DNA of 64,000 bases from Rikenellaceae bacterium (GCA_044433505.1 JAWXTM010000002.1:7070-71069), one strand, 5' to 3'; shown: positions 8,152-18,530, numbered from the stretch's first letter. The notes: generated by a model not told the origin, from the letters alone. Program-made: numbers and translations.

Positions 8152-10806
8152 ATGAAAACCATTATTTTATCAAAACTATACTTCGCCTTTTTGGCAGTAA
8201 TAGTATCAAGCCTTTCTATTTTTAGTAGCTGTACCGATCCTGACAATAACGGGGAACTTTCGGGTGCTACGGGAGAGATCACTATTTCGAATATTGTACC
8301 TACGTATAACAACGTAACCTTTGACCTATATTCAGAAAATGCAGTGTCAATAACTTATGCCTATGCACTATCTAGCGCAGAGGAAATGGACGCAGACAGA
8401 GTGCTCGAAGCGGGCAATACCCAAGGTGTTAGCCAAGGCACATACACAATTTCGAGCCTTAAAGCCGAAACGGAATACAAGCTCTATGCAGTGGCTCAGA
8501 TTCCTTCGGTAGGAGTTGTTGGCCCTGTTATAGAAACCTTTACAACTACGGCTAACAGTGGAGAACCTTCGAGCACTACCTCGGCAGGGATTCGCACCAT
8601 AGATCTTGGTTCAAGCTCCCAAACTTGCATTACTTGGGAGATTACCAATGGAGAGGATGTGGACTTCTCGCTCTCGATGGTGCAACCAACCGTAATTATG
8701 GAAAACCTCTTCTTTGAATATGGCAAAGAGGGCATCTCTAAGGAAGCGTACTTGCAATCATTTATAACTACTTATGGATACCTACAAACCACAACCTTAG
8801 GAAACGGAAATAGTGCAATTCATAACTACACAGACCTTTACACTACTACTCCGATTTTCCCAGATGCTAACTATACTATCTATACGCTAGCCTTCTCGGG
8901 TGACTATGACACCTACGCTGATGGCGGTACTGAGGGTATCACAATGCTTGAATACTCGGAACTCCCTATCACTACTACCGCTATCCCTCGCACAGGTAGC
9001 CCTGCCGTAACGCTCGAAACAACTGAGTGTGGCTACATTCACCTCACACACAAAATTACTCCTAACTCGGACGCTAAATACTGGGCTAAGTTCTTTACTA
9101 CAACCGCAGAAATTAGCGAGTTTAGGGACTACTACGACCTACTAGAGGGAGAGGGGCAAGGTGATGCTAAACTAATGGAATACACTATCCACCAAGATGC
9201 TGATGCGATTTTAGATGTGGCTGGTGGCGACCCACAAACAGGTGAAGCTGAGTGGTCGATTACAGTAGGCTGGGATCAAGAGGGTATTGATTACTCTCGC
9301 CTTGCACTAGGGCTAGATGGCAACCTTGTCGCAGGTGATGACTATGTCGAAAATATCGACCAAGTTATCCCACAAGACAATAGCACCCCAGCAGACTATG
9401 ACCTCGAATTCCACCACGTTGGTGCAGGTAGTATGTTTATTACTAGTCGCCTTGGCAAAAATTGTCGTCAAATCTATTGGAGAATGGAGGCAGCAGGCTA
9501 CTTTGACACTGCCCTTGCTGACCCTGAACTAAGCGAAGATCTAGGGCGTACACTTTGGGACGAAGGTTGGGTGCAACACCGCAACAATTACCCTGACTAT
9601 GGCTATAACGATGCTCTAGGAGAATACCCTGAACTCACCTACGATGAATTCTACTATGGTGTAGGCCAAAATACAACTTACGATGTGGTGGCAGTAGGGC
9701 TTAATACCTCGGGCGGTATAAGTACCCCTGTAAAGGTTGCAACTTTCACTACTAAGAGCTACTCATACGACGGCACTTTTGAACCATATATCGAGATTAC
9801 CATCCCACAAGAAGAGGTTACTAAAACTTCTGCCGTAGCATACTACAACGTGGTGTGCGACTACGAAGATGGCACAGAAGGGTTCTATAATACTCAACGT
9901 GAATTCTACCACGTTATGCTCCTTAGCGACGATGCTGTTACCACTTCTTCTAAAGAAGAACAAGCTGCATACCTGCACGACTACGGCAACTGCTGGCCAA
10001 ATGCTTACTGTGACAACATTATGATGTCTTGGCCTTCACTCGAATCGGCTACCTCTTACTCTTACCTATATATGTCAGTGGATGGCGATGGTAAGGCTAG
10101 TGATGTTAAGGTGGTCTCGTTTACTACTGCATCTAATGATGGTGGCGAAAACCCTGAGTTTAATATTGACGTTGACCTAGAAAATATTATCCTAAATGCT
10201 AGCAATAGCTCACTCTATGGTACAGACTACTTGGTGACACCTTCAGCCGATGTGCGTGGTTTCTACCACCTAATTTACAGCGAAGATGTGCTAGAGAGTT
10301 GGTATGTTCCAGTAAATGACACAGAGACTCTGGAAAGCTTCTTCAAAGAAAATAACGTTTCGCAAGGACTTGTTTCTACCGACGTTGCGTGGAACAGCAA
10401 CTACGATACTCCGCTAGGTAAAAGAATGTGGGTGGTTGTAGATGGATACGGCGCAGAGGAAACAAACAGAATGCTATCTTACATTGAGATACTTATGGAT
10501 CAAAATGGCGTGGTTACAATTAACGACCAAGTTGATGTGAAATATACCTCAGAGGCAGCCTCTAGCCCAATGCTTAATAGTGCAACCACTGTAAGACCAC
10601 CGCAAGCAATCAACACGACTGCTCGCACGCCTGCTCCGCAAACTATCCAAAGACCTGAAATCAAATACGTTGCTAAACCTACCAAAAACTTCAACGTAAG
10701 TGATAGCTCGCCAGAAACTATCCGCCAAGAGACAGGACTTCCTATCTACTCTCTCAAAGAGATGAGTCTAAGGATTGCCCTAAAGGGTGGCGAACCAGTG
10801 CTCTAA
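8152..10806 (+). CDS. large predicted surface lipoprotein with several Fn3-like modules, function unknown
   Basis: Lipobox IFSSC followed by TDPDNNGE. Recurring module ends (ETFTT, ATFTT, VSFTT). No catalytic motif recognised. Starts 26 nt after the previous gene. Confidence 0.6.
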   Translation: MKTIILSKLYFAFLAVIVSSLSIFSSCTDPDNNGELSGATGEITISNIVPTYNNVTFDLYSENAVSITYAYALSSAEEMDADRVLEAGNTQGVSQGTYTISSLKAETEYKLYAVAQIPSVGVVGPVIETFTTTANSGEPSSTTSAGIRTIDLGSSSQTCITWEITNGEDVDFSLSMVQPTVIMENLFFEYGKEGISKEAYLQSFITTYGYLQTTTLGNGNSAIHNYTDLYTTTPIFPDANYTIYTLAFSGDYDTYADGGTEGITMLEYSELPITTTAIPRTGSPAVTLETTECGYIHLTHKITPNSDAKYWAKFFTTTAEISEFRDYYDLLEGEGQGDAKLMEYTIHQDADAILDVAGGDPQTGEAEWSITVGWDQEGIDYSRLALGLDGNLVAGDDYVENIDQVIPQDNSTPADYDLEFHHVGAGSMFITSRLGKNCRQIYWRMEAAGYFDTALADPELSEDLGRTLWDEGWVQHRNNYPDYGYNDALGEYPELTYDEFYYGVGQNTTYDVVAVGLNTSGGISTPVKVATFTTKSYSYDGTFEPYIEITIPQEEVTKTSAVAYYNVVCDYEDGTEGFYNTQREFYHVMLLSDDAVTTSSKEEQAAYLHDYGNCWPNAYCDNIMMSWPSLESATSYSYLYMSVDGDGKASDVKVVSFTTASNDGGENPEFNIDVDLENIILNASNSSLYGTDYLVTPSADVRGFYHLIYSEDVLESWYVPVNDTETLESFFKENNVSQGLVSTDVAWNSNYDTPLGKRMWVVVDGYGAEETNRMLSYIEILMDQNGVVTINDQVDVKYTSEAASSPMLNSATTVRPPQAINTTARTPAPQTIQRPEIKYVAKPTKNFNVSDSSPETIRQETGLPIYSLKEMSLRIALKGGEPVL

Positions 10807-10817
10807 ACTAAACTAAA

Positions 10818-10851
10818 GGTATAGGCTGCCGCAGTGTTGTCAGCCTATACC
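10818..10851 (+). other. 11-bp-stem intercistronic hairpin between the two large lipoprotein genes
   Basis: GGTATAGGCTG / CAGCCTATACC with a 12-nt loop and no T-run. It may be an attenuator, a processing site or a stabiliser. Confidence 0.5.
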
Positions 10852-10899
10852 CAATTCATACAACACTAAAACCAATAATTTAATCTAAATTTATCTATT

Positions 10900-13299
10900 A
10901 TGAAGAAATTTTACCACTATCTTCTAGTGCCACTAGCAGTACTTGCTCTGTCGGCATCACTAACGGGATGTAAAGATGCGGATGTTGATGATCCTCAAAC
11001 TGCTGCTACCCCAGTCTTGACAAGTGTAACTGTTCAAGAAAGTCTAACCTCTCAAACAACTGCCTCTATTGCGGTTGTTGGTGAAAACATTGCTGAGCTT
11101 ATCTATTCGTACTATACAACAGGCGACAATAGCAACGCTATCTCAAAGACCGTAGCTCTAGAGGACGGTGCAACTACCTACACTATTGAGCTATCAGGAC
11201 TTACTGCAAATAGCCAGTACACAGTAGAAGTTGTTGGCGAAGGCTCTGACAATTCTCAAACTGCTACAAAGAGCGTAACTTTCTCTACTCTTGATGTTGA
11301 CCATCCAGCAGTTACTAGTGCTAAACTAGATGAGCAAAGCGTTACTGCAAACAGCGCATCTATCAATGTAACAGTTGCGGATGCTACTCAGCTATTCTAT
11401 ACTCTAACCGCAAGCGGCGAGAGTGCAAGTAGCCCAGTTGAGGTTGCAATCAGCGACAATGCTGCAACAATCGAACTTTCTGAACTAAGTGATAGAACAG
11501 AGTATGTTGCAACAATTTATGCTACAAACAACGGCAACACTAGTAGCGAAGTTGAGGTGACTTTCACCACACTTGCAGCTTATAATCCAGTGGTTAGTGC
11601 AACCCTTGACTCTGAGAGCGTTACATCTGAATTTGCATCTTTCGCAGTTACGGTAGAGGATGCTGACCAACTATTCTACACCCTAGCCGTTAGCGGCGAA
11701 AGTGCAAGCGAACCAGTTGAAGTAGCCCTTAGCGACAATGCTGCAACTGTTGAACTTAGTGGACTTGCTGCATCAACAACTTACAACGTTGTATTCTACG
11801 CTACAAACCAAAATGGCGAATACAGAAGTGAGGATGCGACCGTTTCATTCAAAACACTCAACGAAAGTGGTGAACTCGAAACTGCATTTACCGTAACTAA
11901 TATAACTACAAGCCCTACTAACGCTTCCTTTGAACTTACCATAAGTGAAGACTGTGAAGGTGTTCTTATTTACGCTGACCAATCTGCTTCCTTCTCTATT
12001 GACAACATTACTAGCTTGATTGAGTATCAAAGTGCAACTGTTTATACTGAGTCTGGTGTTTACTCAGCATTCTCATACGATATAAGCCCAAGTACTGCTT
12101 GTAAATTTGTTGTGGTAGAGGTCGAAAACGTTGAAATTACTACCAATATGTGGGGTGGCGAGGTTGTCTCTTGTTCATTGGTTGGTTCGCTTAGCGACTA
12201 CGAGATATATGAATTTACCACAGGTGTATTCGACGAAGATTTCGTAATTAACAACGCAACTGATGACGTAGTTGAGTTCCTTTCTACTACTTCTGACTAT
12301 ACACAAATTGTAGCTTCTGTAACTCGTAACGGTAACGAGAATATTGCATCTGTTCACGTTGGTGCAGTGAAAACATCTGAGCTTGCTGGTACAACTATCG
12401 GAAAGTGGGTTGTTGAAAACAACTGGTTTGTGGACGATTGGGGAGTTAAGTACCCTAACGCTTTTGTGGACTACTACGGAACTGTCTATGACCCACTAAA
12501 CGCAACTCTATGGAGTCTTGAAACTGGCACTGCCTACACTCTATTTGCTGTTCCAGTAACTAGTTCTGGTGCGTTTGGTACAATCACTACTATCGAAGCA
12601 TCGACTGTTGAAAATGTCGTTGTGGTTAACCCAGACCTAAAACCTTCTGTTACTATCAATACTGGACTGACAACTGCTGAATTCGTTATTGATTTCAAGG
12701 ATTGTACAAAGGTATATTATGAGTATGGCTATGCAGCAGGCTATGGTAGCGCAACTGACCTAGCGTCGGCTCAAGAGATCATCTACTCTAACGTTCTTTC
12801 TGGTTACAATGTAGCGTATGATTCTGGTGATGGCACTGCTACACTTAATATCTCTTGGTTGACTGAGTCTACTGAGTACACCTTCTGGTGTATGGGTATG
12901 GATGCAGACGGCACTTATGGTCCTGTTTGCGAATACACCTACACTACTAAAGCACTCTCTTGGGATGGTGCTACAACTGCAACAGCAACTCAAATTAGCG
13001 GTTCGGTAGATGAGTATGGATTTGCCGATGTTAAATTTAATTTTGACCTATCGGACGATACTGTGGTAGCGACCATAGCTGCTGTATCATCTGACTATAT
13101 CGTTTATGACACTCCTAACGCTTGGGGTAGCTATATTCTTTCTAACACTTGGTACAATCAATATCTATACGCAGATGGCGAGGCAACCTTCACATTCTAC
13201 GACTCGAAACATAAACTAGTTATTGTCACTGAAGATAAAGATGGTGTTTATGGCACACCTGTTATCGTAGAGGTTGAGTGGGATGCTCTAACACAATAG
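10900..13299 (+). CDS. large predicted surface lipoprotein with three tandem ~95-aa Fn3-like repeats, function unknown
   Basis: Lipobox LTGC followed by KDADVDD. Three in-frame repeats end in TFSTL, TFTTL and SFKTL. The module style looks related to the preceding gene. Confidence 0.6.
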   Translation: MKKFYHYLLVPLAVLALSASLTGCKDADVDDPQTAATPVLTSVTVQESLTSQTTASIAVVGENIAELIYSYYTTGDNSNAISKTVALEDGATTYTIELSGLTANSQYTVEVVGEGSDNSQTATKSVTFSTLDVDHPAVTSAKLDEQSVTANSASINVTVADATQLFYTLTASGESASSPVEVAISDNAATIELSELSDRTEYVATIYATNNGNTSSEVEVTFTTLAAYNPVVSATLDSESVTSEFASFAVTVEDADQLFYTLAVSGESASEPVEVALSDNAATVELSGLAASTTYNVVFYATNQNGEYRSEDATVSFKTLNESGELETAFTVTNITTSPTNASFELTISEDCEGVLIYADQSASFSIDNITSLIEYQSATVYTESGVYSAFSYDISPSTACKFVVVEVENVEITTNMWGGEVVSCSLVGSLSDYEIYEFTTGVFDEDFVINNATDDVVEFLSTTSDYTQIVASVTRNGNENIASVHVGAVKTSELAGTTIGKWVVENNWFVDDWGVKYPNAFVDYYGTVYDPLNATLWSLETGTAYTLFAVPVTSSGAFGTITTIEASTVENVVVVNPDLKPSVTINTGLTTAEFVIDFKDCTKVYYEYGYAAGYGSATDLASAQEIIYSNVLSGYNVAYDSGDGTATLNISWLTESTEYTFWCMGMDADGTYGPVCEYTYTTKALSWDGATTATATQISGSVDEYGFADVKFNFDLSDDTVVATIAAVSSDYIVYDTPNAWGSYILSNTWYNQYLYADGEATFTFYDSKHKLVIVTEDKDGVYGTPVIVEVEWDALTQ
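11011..11859 (+). repeat. three in-frame ~285-bp tandem repeats inside the lipoprotein gene
   Basis: Protein repeats span aa 38-131, 136-225 and 230-320. Repeats 2 and 3 share long identical stretches (QLFYTL, SGESAS, PVEVA, SDNAAT). Confidence 0.85.
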
Positions 13300-13308
13300 A
13301 AGTATATA

Positions 13309-13354
13309 TCGGGGATGACTGCAAAGATATTTTGCTACTCATCCCCGATTTTTT
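13309..13354 (+). terminator. Rho-independent terminator after the 799-aa lipoprotein gene
   Basis: TCGGGGATGA / TCATCCCCGA 10-bp stem followed by T6. Confidence 0.7.
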
Positions 13355-13375
13355 CACTATAAACAAAAATAAAAT

Positions 13376-13735
13376 ATGAAAAATCTATTTTTAACTCTTC
13401 TACTATTCATCTCTGTGGCATTTGTTGGTTGTCAGGACAACGGTGATGATAACAATACCACCACGACCTCTGACTATACACTCACCATCAGCCCAAGCAC
13501 AGCAAAGGTGGGTGATACTGTTACGTTTAAAGTGTCGGGCGATAATGCTGCCAGCTATAAGTGGCAGGCGTGTTATGCGCTAGCGTCAGACTCTAGCACT
13601 GGTAGTTGTTGGATGTTTGAGGCATCAGAGTGGCAAAAGGAGATTACTCTTGATGCAGGGGAGTATGTTATCTATGCTTCGTCAGATTCGGATGACTTGC
13701 ATACAGACAAGGTTACACTAACCGTAACTGAGTAA
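13376..13735 (+). CDS. small Ig-like predicted lipoprotein
   Basis: Lipobox FVGC followed by QDNGDDNN. Beta-rich 100-aa body. Followed by a strong bidirectional terminator hairpin. Confidence 0.55.
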   Translation: MKNLFLTLLLFISVAFVGCQDNGDDNNTTTTSDYTLTISPSTAKVGDTVTFKVSGDNAASYKWQACYALASDSSTGSCWMFEASEWQKEITLDAGEYVIYASSDSDDLHTDKVTLTVTE

Positions 13736-13751
13736 GTCTTCTATAGCAGCA

Positions 13752-13788
13752 AAAGAAAGGAGTCTATGTTTTATAGACTCCTTTCTTT
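13752..13788. terminator. bidirectional terminator hairpin between convergent genes
   Basis: AAAGAAAGGAGTCTAT / ATAGACTCCTTTCTTT 16-bp perfect stem with a 5-nt loop and A/T runs on both sides. Confidence 0.75.
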
Positions 13789-14366
13789 TACTCTATAGGC
13801 TCAAGCGACCACGAAAATGTGCCACGCTTAAAAATCCTACTGTGAATATGCTCTCTACCCTCGGCAAAATCCAAAAATACCCCAAATGGAGTAAGTCCAC
13901 GCTCCATAATAGAATAAGTTAACTCCACCCTATCATCCCCCAACTCCTTGACCGAAAGAACCTTCTCTGGCACAAGAGTACAGACCTGCACAAAGTAAAC
14001 ATCATCATCACCCCCCTCGCTCCTATATTGCTCCGTGCGCTTCTTATTAAAGAGTTCCTCACCTTTTGGTGTTAATTTCACCGACACGAGTGCTCTCCAC
14101 GAATTCTTAGCCTTCACAAGGCTCTCCACTAGACCTGCATCAAGCAGCGCACCATACTTATCCTTAACATACCCCTCTGGATTTTTGTACCACTCGCCCG
14201 TTACAACCTCCTCACCAACGTGCAAAGGGGCGCAAAACGGCACTGAAAATTCCTCCAGCGACTGAATATCCATTAGTGCATCGGTCGAATCAAACTCCCC
14301 TGTACAACTGCTCAATAGAAACACTCCAAGGAGTGATACCAAAAATTTAACGCTTCTTCTTTCCAT
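13788..14366 (-). CDS. hypothetical lipoprotein
   Basis: The internal Met gives MERRSVKFLVSLLGVFLLSSC (signal plus lipobox). The longer ORF (to 14468) would lie inside rnr, so I prefer the ATG at 14366, which overlaps the rnr 3' end by 20 nt. Confidence 0.55.
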   Translation of the reverse strand: MERRSVKFLVSLLGVFLLSSCTGEFDSTDALMDIQSLEEFSVPFCAPLHVGEEVVTGEWYKNPEGYVKDKYGALLDAGLVESLVKAKNSWRALVSVKLTPKGEELFNKKRTEQYRSEGGDDDVYFVQVCTLVPEKVLSVKELGDDRVELTYSIMERGLTPFGVFLDFAEGREHIHSRIFKRGTFSWSLEPIE

Positions 14367-16650
14367 TACGTTTTCTTTTATAAGATTTTTCGATTGTATA
14401 TTCTTCATTGATGGTAGGCAGTTCGGTGAGTTCACGAGTAGTGAAGTCAACCATACCGACCATTTCAAAATCTAGGAGTTTGCGAGCGAGGTCAGCCTTT
14501 TTGATACGGATTCTAACCATATCGCCAAGGGTAAAACGCCTGCCGCTCTTATGCCCAACCACTGCATAGCTTTCGTTATCGAAGGCATAGAAGTCATCGC
14601 TCATATCACGCAGGGCAACCATCCCTTCGACCTTATTTTCCTCAATTTCTACATAGACTCCCCAGTCTGTAACCCCTGAGATGACACCATCCCACTCCGT
14701 ACCAACTTTATCTACCATAAACTCCACCATCTTGTACTTGATAGAGGCTCTTTCGGCTTCACTGGCAAGCACCTCACGAGATGAGGTGTATTCACAAATC
14801 TCTTCGATAGGTTCGGCGGCAACCGATTTTTCCCCAGCAAGGTAGCGTGCCAAGAGTCTATGCACCATCATATCGGGGTAGCGGCGAATAGGCGAGGTAA
14901 AGTGCGAGTAGTAGTCAAAGGCTAGCCCATAGTGACCAATATTATTAGTCGAGTAGGTAGCCTTAGCCATCGAGCGAATTGCCAGCGTTGAGATAAGGTT
15001 TTCTTCGGCACTGCCCTTTACTCGTGTAAGCACCGAGGTGAGTTGTCGTGCTACGCTATGCCCGCTAGTAGCAGTAATATTGTAGCCAAAACGGGTGATA
15101 AAGTTCCTGAACTTCGAGAATTTCTCTTCGTTAGGAGTATCGTGGATACGGTAGACAAAGGTCTTTGGGTTATTGCCACCGCCTACGTAGGCTGCCACAG
15201 ACTTATTAGCCAGCAACATAAACTCTTCGATAAGTTGGTTAGACTCCTTCATCTCCTTGAAGTAGACGCTCTGAGGCTTTCCGCTTTCGTCGAGTATAAA
15301 TTTAGCTTCATCCCGTTCAAAGCCAATAGAGCCGTGTTTGAAGCGTTCACTGCGCAGTATTCTAGCTAGTGCATTAAGGGTAAGTACTTCATCTTTAAGC
15401 TTATGTGTACTACTCTCACCCTCCTCGATAATCTTTTGAGCATCCTCGTAGGTGAATCTATGGTCGGAGTAGGTTACAGTCCTACCGAACCATTTTTTTA
15501 CTACCTCAGCCTCAGGGGTAATCTCAAATACCGCCGAAAAGGTTAGTTTTTCTTCGTGAGGTCTTAATGAGCAGAGGAAGTTAGAGAGTTTTTCAGGCAG
15601 CATTGGCACAGTTCTATCCACTAGGTAGACACTCGTACCACGCTCCATACCCTCGGTATCAATCGGATCACCCTCCTTAACGTAGTGAGTAACATCAGCA
15701 ATATGCACCCCCACCTCCCAGTTGCCATTCGCTAGTTTTTCGATAGAGAGCGCATCATCAAAGTCCTTAGCATCAGCAGGGTCGATAGTAAAGGTAGTAA
15801 TGCTTCGCATATCACGCCTACGGGCAATCTCGTCGGGAGTGATACCATTATCAATCTGTGCCGCCCTCTCTTCTAATTCTTCGGGGAAGGAGTACGGTAG
15901 GTTATATTGCGCAAGGATGGCGTGCATCTCAGTATCATTATCACCGCTATATCCCAGCACATCCAAGACCCTACCATCAGGGGTGCGAGAGTCCTCTGGC
16001 CATCCAGTAATCTCGACCAGCACTTTTTGCCCATCTTCGGCATCTTTGGTTAGGCGCAGTGGCACAAAAATATCTCTATTCAAGAACTTAGAGTCAACTT
16101 CGACAAAGGCAAATTTTTCGCTGAGGATAATAGTCCCAACAAAGACCCTCTGCCCCTTTTCGATAATCTCGATCACCTCGCCCTCTTGTCTGCCATCACG
16201 TCTACGCCCAATAATCTTCACTCTGACTCTATCACCGTGCATAGCCCTCATAGTGCGGCGTGCCTCAACGATAATATCCTTGCTCCCCTCATCTGCATCC
16301 TCCACTACGATATACGCCATACCGCTAGCGGTCATATCGACCTTACCAATGGCACTTTTAAGTTGCTCACGAGTGAGCCTATACGAACCCCTCTTATCCT
16401 CACGCTCCACAATCACGCCCTTGGCATTAAGCTCCATTATGACTGCTTCGCACTCCTCTCTAGTCGCCTCAATATCTGAGGTGACTAGTCTGCGCAACAA
16501 CTGGCGAGCATTATAGCCCAGCTGCGGATTAGCATTAAAGATAGTAAAAATTGCGTGCCTTATCTTTTTGTGATCGAGCACTAATTTTTTCTCTTCGCCA
16601 CCCTCAGCTGTGCGTCGTGCGCTTCTATTAGTATTTCTTCTCTTTGTCAT
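14347..16650 (-). CDS. rnr: ribonuclease R
   Basis: RNB catalytic region (FTIDPADAKDFDDALS), cold-shock/OB domains, a C-terminal S1 domain (GVISGVTDWGVYVEI) and a basic tail. Confidence 0.9.
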   Translation of the reverse strand: MTKRRNTNRSARRTAEGGEEKKLVLDHKKIRHAIFTIFNANPQLGYNARQLLRRLVTSDIEATREECEAVIMELNAKGVIVEREDKRGSYRLTREQLKSAIGKVDMTASGMAYIVVEDADEGSKDIIVEARRTMRAMHGDRVRVKIIGRRRDGRQEGEVIEIIEKGQRVFVGTIILSEKFAFVEVDSKFLNRDIFVPLRLTKDAEDGQKVLVEITGWPEDSRTPDGRVLDVLGYSGDNDTEMHAILAQYNLPYSFPEELEERAAQIDNGITPDEIARRRDMRSITTFTIDPADAKDFDDALSIEKLANGNWEVGVHIADVTHYVKEGDPIDTEGMERGTSVYLVDRTVPMLPEKLSNFLCSLRPHEEKLTFSAVFEITPEAEVVKKWFGRTVTYSDHRFTYEDAQKIIEEGESSTHKLKDEVLTLNALARILRSERFKHGSIGFERDEAKFILDESGKPQSVYFKEMKESNQLIEEFMLLANKSVAAYVGGGNNPKTFVYRIHDTPNEEKFSKFRNFITRFGYNITATSGHSVARQLTSVLTRVKGSAEENLISTLAIRSMAKATYSTNNIGHYGLAFDYYSHFTSPIRRYPDMMVHRLLARYLAGEKSVAAEPIEEICEYTSSREVLASEAERASIKYKMVEFMVDKVGTEWDGVISGVTDWGVYVEIEENKVEGMVALRDMSDDFYAFDNESYAVVGHKSGRRFTLGDMVRIRIKKADLARKLLDFEMVGMVDFTTRELTELPTINEEYTIEKSYKRKRNGKKKR

Positions 16651-18441
16651 TTAGTCCATTTTTAGTACCGCAAGGAAGGCAGACTGCGGAACTTCCACAT
16701 TACCCACCTGACGCATACGTTTCTTACCCTTTTTCTGTTTTTCAAGCAGTTTACGCTTACGGGTAATATCCCCACCGTAACACTTTGCCGTAACGTCCTT
16801 ACGCACAGCCTTTACCGTCTCACGTGCAATAATCTTTGCCCCGATTGCCGCCTGAATAGCAATATCGAATTGCTGACGAGGTATCAGCTCCTTTAGCTTC
16901 TCGCACATCTTGCGACCAAAGTCATAGGCGTGGTCAAAGAATATCAGCGATGATAGCGCATCCACTGGTTCGCTATTAAGCAGAATATCGAGTTTCGAAA
17001 GCTTCGATGGTCGGTAGCCAATCTGGTGGTAGTCGAACGAGGCGTACCCCTTCGATATACTCTTTAGCTTATCATAAAAATCAAAGACAATCTCCGAGAG
17101 TGGCATCTCAAAGACAACCTCCACACGGTCAGTGGTGATAAAGTGCTGATTCTTCAGCTCTCCACGCTTGTCGATACAAAGCCTCATAACATTACCCAAG
17201 TAATCGCTTTTGGTGATAATCTGTGCTTGAATATAAGGCTCTTCAATTAGTTTTATATAGTTTTGCTCTGGCAGCCCCGACGGGTTGTGGATAAAGAACT
17301 CCTCCTCTTTGTTGGTAGTAATCTTATACGAAACGTTAGGCACGGTGGTAATTACATCCATATTGAACTCACGGTAGAGCCTCTCTTGAACAATCTCCAT
17401 ATGCAGCAGCCCCAAAAATCCACAACGATAACCAAATCCCAGTGCCAGTGAACTCTCTGGTTCATAGCTCAGCGAGGCATCATTTAGCCTTAGCTTATCG
17501 AGCGAAGTACGCAAATCCTCATAGTCATCCGAGTCGACTGGATAAAGCCCTGCAAAGACCATAGGTTTTACCTCCTCAAAGCCAGCAATAGCCTCTTGGC
17601 AAGGACGCTGCACGCTGGTGATAGTATCCCCAACCTTTACATCCACCGAGTTCTTAATACCAGAGATAATATAGCCCACATCCCCAGCCTTAATTTCATT
17701 TTGTGGGTGCATCTTTAGTTTCAGCACCCCAATCTCATCGGCATTATACTCCGTACCCCCATTAAAGAAGCGCACCTTTTCGCCCTTTTTGATTGTGCCA
17801 TTAAAGATTCTAAAGTAAGCAATAACCCCTCTAAAGCTATTGAAAACCGAGTCGAAGATAAGTGCTTGAAGCGGCTCGTTCTCGTCACCCTGAGGTGCAG
17901 GGACACGCTCTACGATAGCCTCCAAAATATCGTGCACCCCCTCGCCAGTCTTAGCCGAACAAGAGAGAATCTCATCCCTATCACAACCGATAAGGTCTAC
18001 GATTTGATCCTTCACCTCGTCGACCATAGCCGCCTCCATATCAATCTTGTTGAGAATCGGAACGATTTCCAAATCATTACCAAAGGCAAGGTAGAGGTTC
18101 GAGATGGTTTGCGCCTGAATCCCTTGAGTAGCATCGACAATCAGCAGTGCACCCTCGCACGATGCAATAGCACGGCTCACCTCATACGAAAAGTCGACGT
18201 GACCAGGGGTGTCAATCAGGTTTAGTGTATATTTTTGACCATCACGGGCATCATACTCCATTTGGATGGCGTGGCTTTTAATAGTAATTCCCTTTTCACG
18301 TTCAAGTTCCATATCGTCGAGCACTTGAGCCTGCAAGTCACGTTGCGAGATAGTCTGGGTATGCTCAATAAGCCTATCTGCAAGTGTTGATTTGCCGTGG
18401 TCAATGTGCGCAATGATACAAAAATTTCTAATCTTCTTCAT
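16651..18441 (-). CDS. lepA: elongation factor 4 (LepA)
   Basis: [36 protein letters not shown] and a LepA C-terminal domain. I prefer the start at 18441 because the upstream in-frame extension overlaps its own TAACTTTG -7 box. Confidence 0.92.
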   Translation of the reverse strand: MKKIRNFCIIAHIDHGKSTLADRLIEHTQTISQRDLQAQVLDDMELEREKGITIKSHAIQMEYDARDGQKYTLNLIDTPGHVDFSYEVSRAIASCEGALLIVDATQGIQAQTISNLYLAFGNDLEIVPILNKIDMEAAMVDEVKDQIVDLIGCDRDEILSCSAKTGEGVHDILEAIVERVPAPQGDENEPLQALIFDSVFNSFRGVIAYFRIFNGTIKKGEKVRFFNGGTEYNADEIGVLKLKMHPQNEIKAGDVGYIISGIKNSVDVKVGDTITSVQRPCQEAIAGFEEVKPMVFAGLYPVDSDDYEDLRTSLDKLRLNDASLSYEPESSLALGFGYRCGFLGLLHMEIVQERLYREFNMDVITTVPNVSYKITTNKEEEFFIHNPSGLPEQNYIKLIEEPYIQAQIITKSDYLGNVMRLCIDKRGELKNQHFITTDRVEVVFEMPLSEIVFDFYDKLKSISKGYASFDYHQIGYRPSKLSKLDILLNSEPVDALSSLIFFDHAYDFGRKMCEKLKELIPRQQFDIAIQAAIGAKIIARETVKAVRKDVTAKCYGGDITRKRKLLEKQKKGKKRMRQVGNVEVPQSAFLAVLKMD

Positions 18442-18471
18442 TCTTAAGTTTTTATTTATAAAGTAACGGCA

Positions 18472-18479
18472 CAAAGTTA
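18472..18479 (-). promoter_or_regulatory. -7 box TAACTTTG (lepA-rnr operon)
   Basis: TAnnTTTG match 31 nt upstream of the ATG at 18441. Confidence 0.55.
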
Positions 18480-18511
18480 CGGAAAAATTTTGAAAGTTCT
18501 GTGATAATATT

Positions 18512-18519
18512 TACCTTTG
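18512..18519 (+). promoter_or_regulatory. -7 box TACCTTTG upstream of the family-2 element and dnaN
   Basis: TAnnTTTG match 12 nt before the element start (18531) and 258 nt before the dnaN ATG. Confidence 0.5.
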
Positions 18520-18530
18520 TTCAATCTATA

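Noticed and set aside
15722-16516. A 264-aa plus-strand ORF.
   Set aside because: It is fully antisense to the well-supported rnr gene, and its Ser/Leu-rich low-complexity translation is typical of a shadow ORF.
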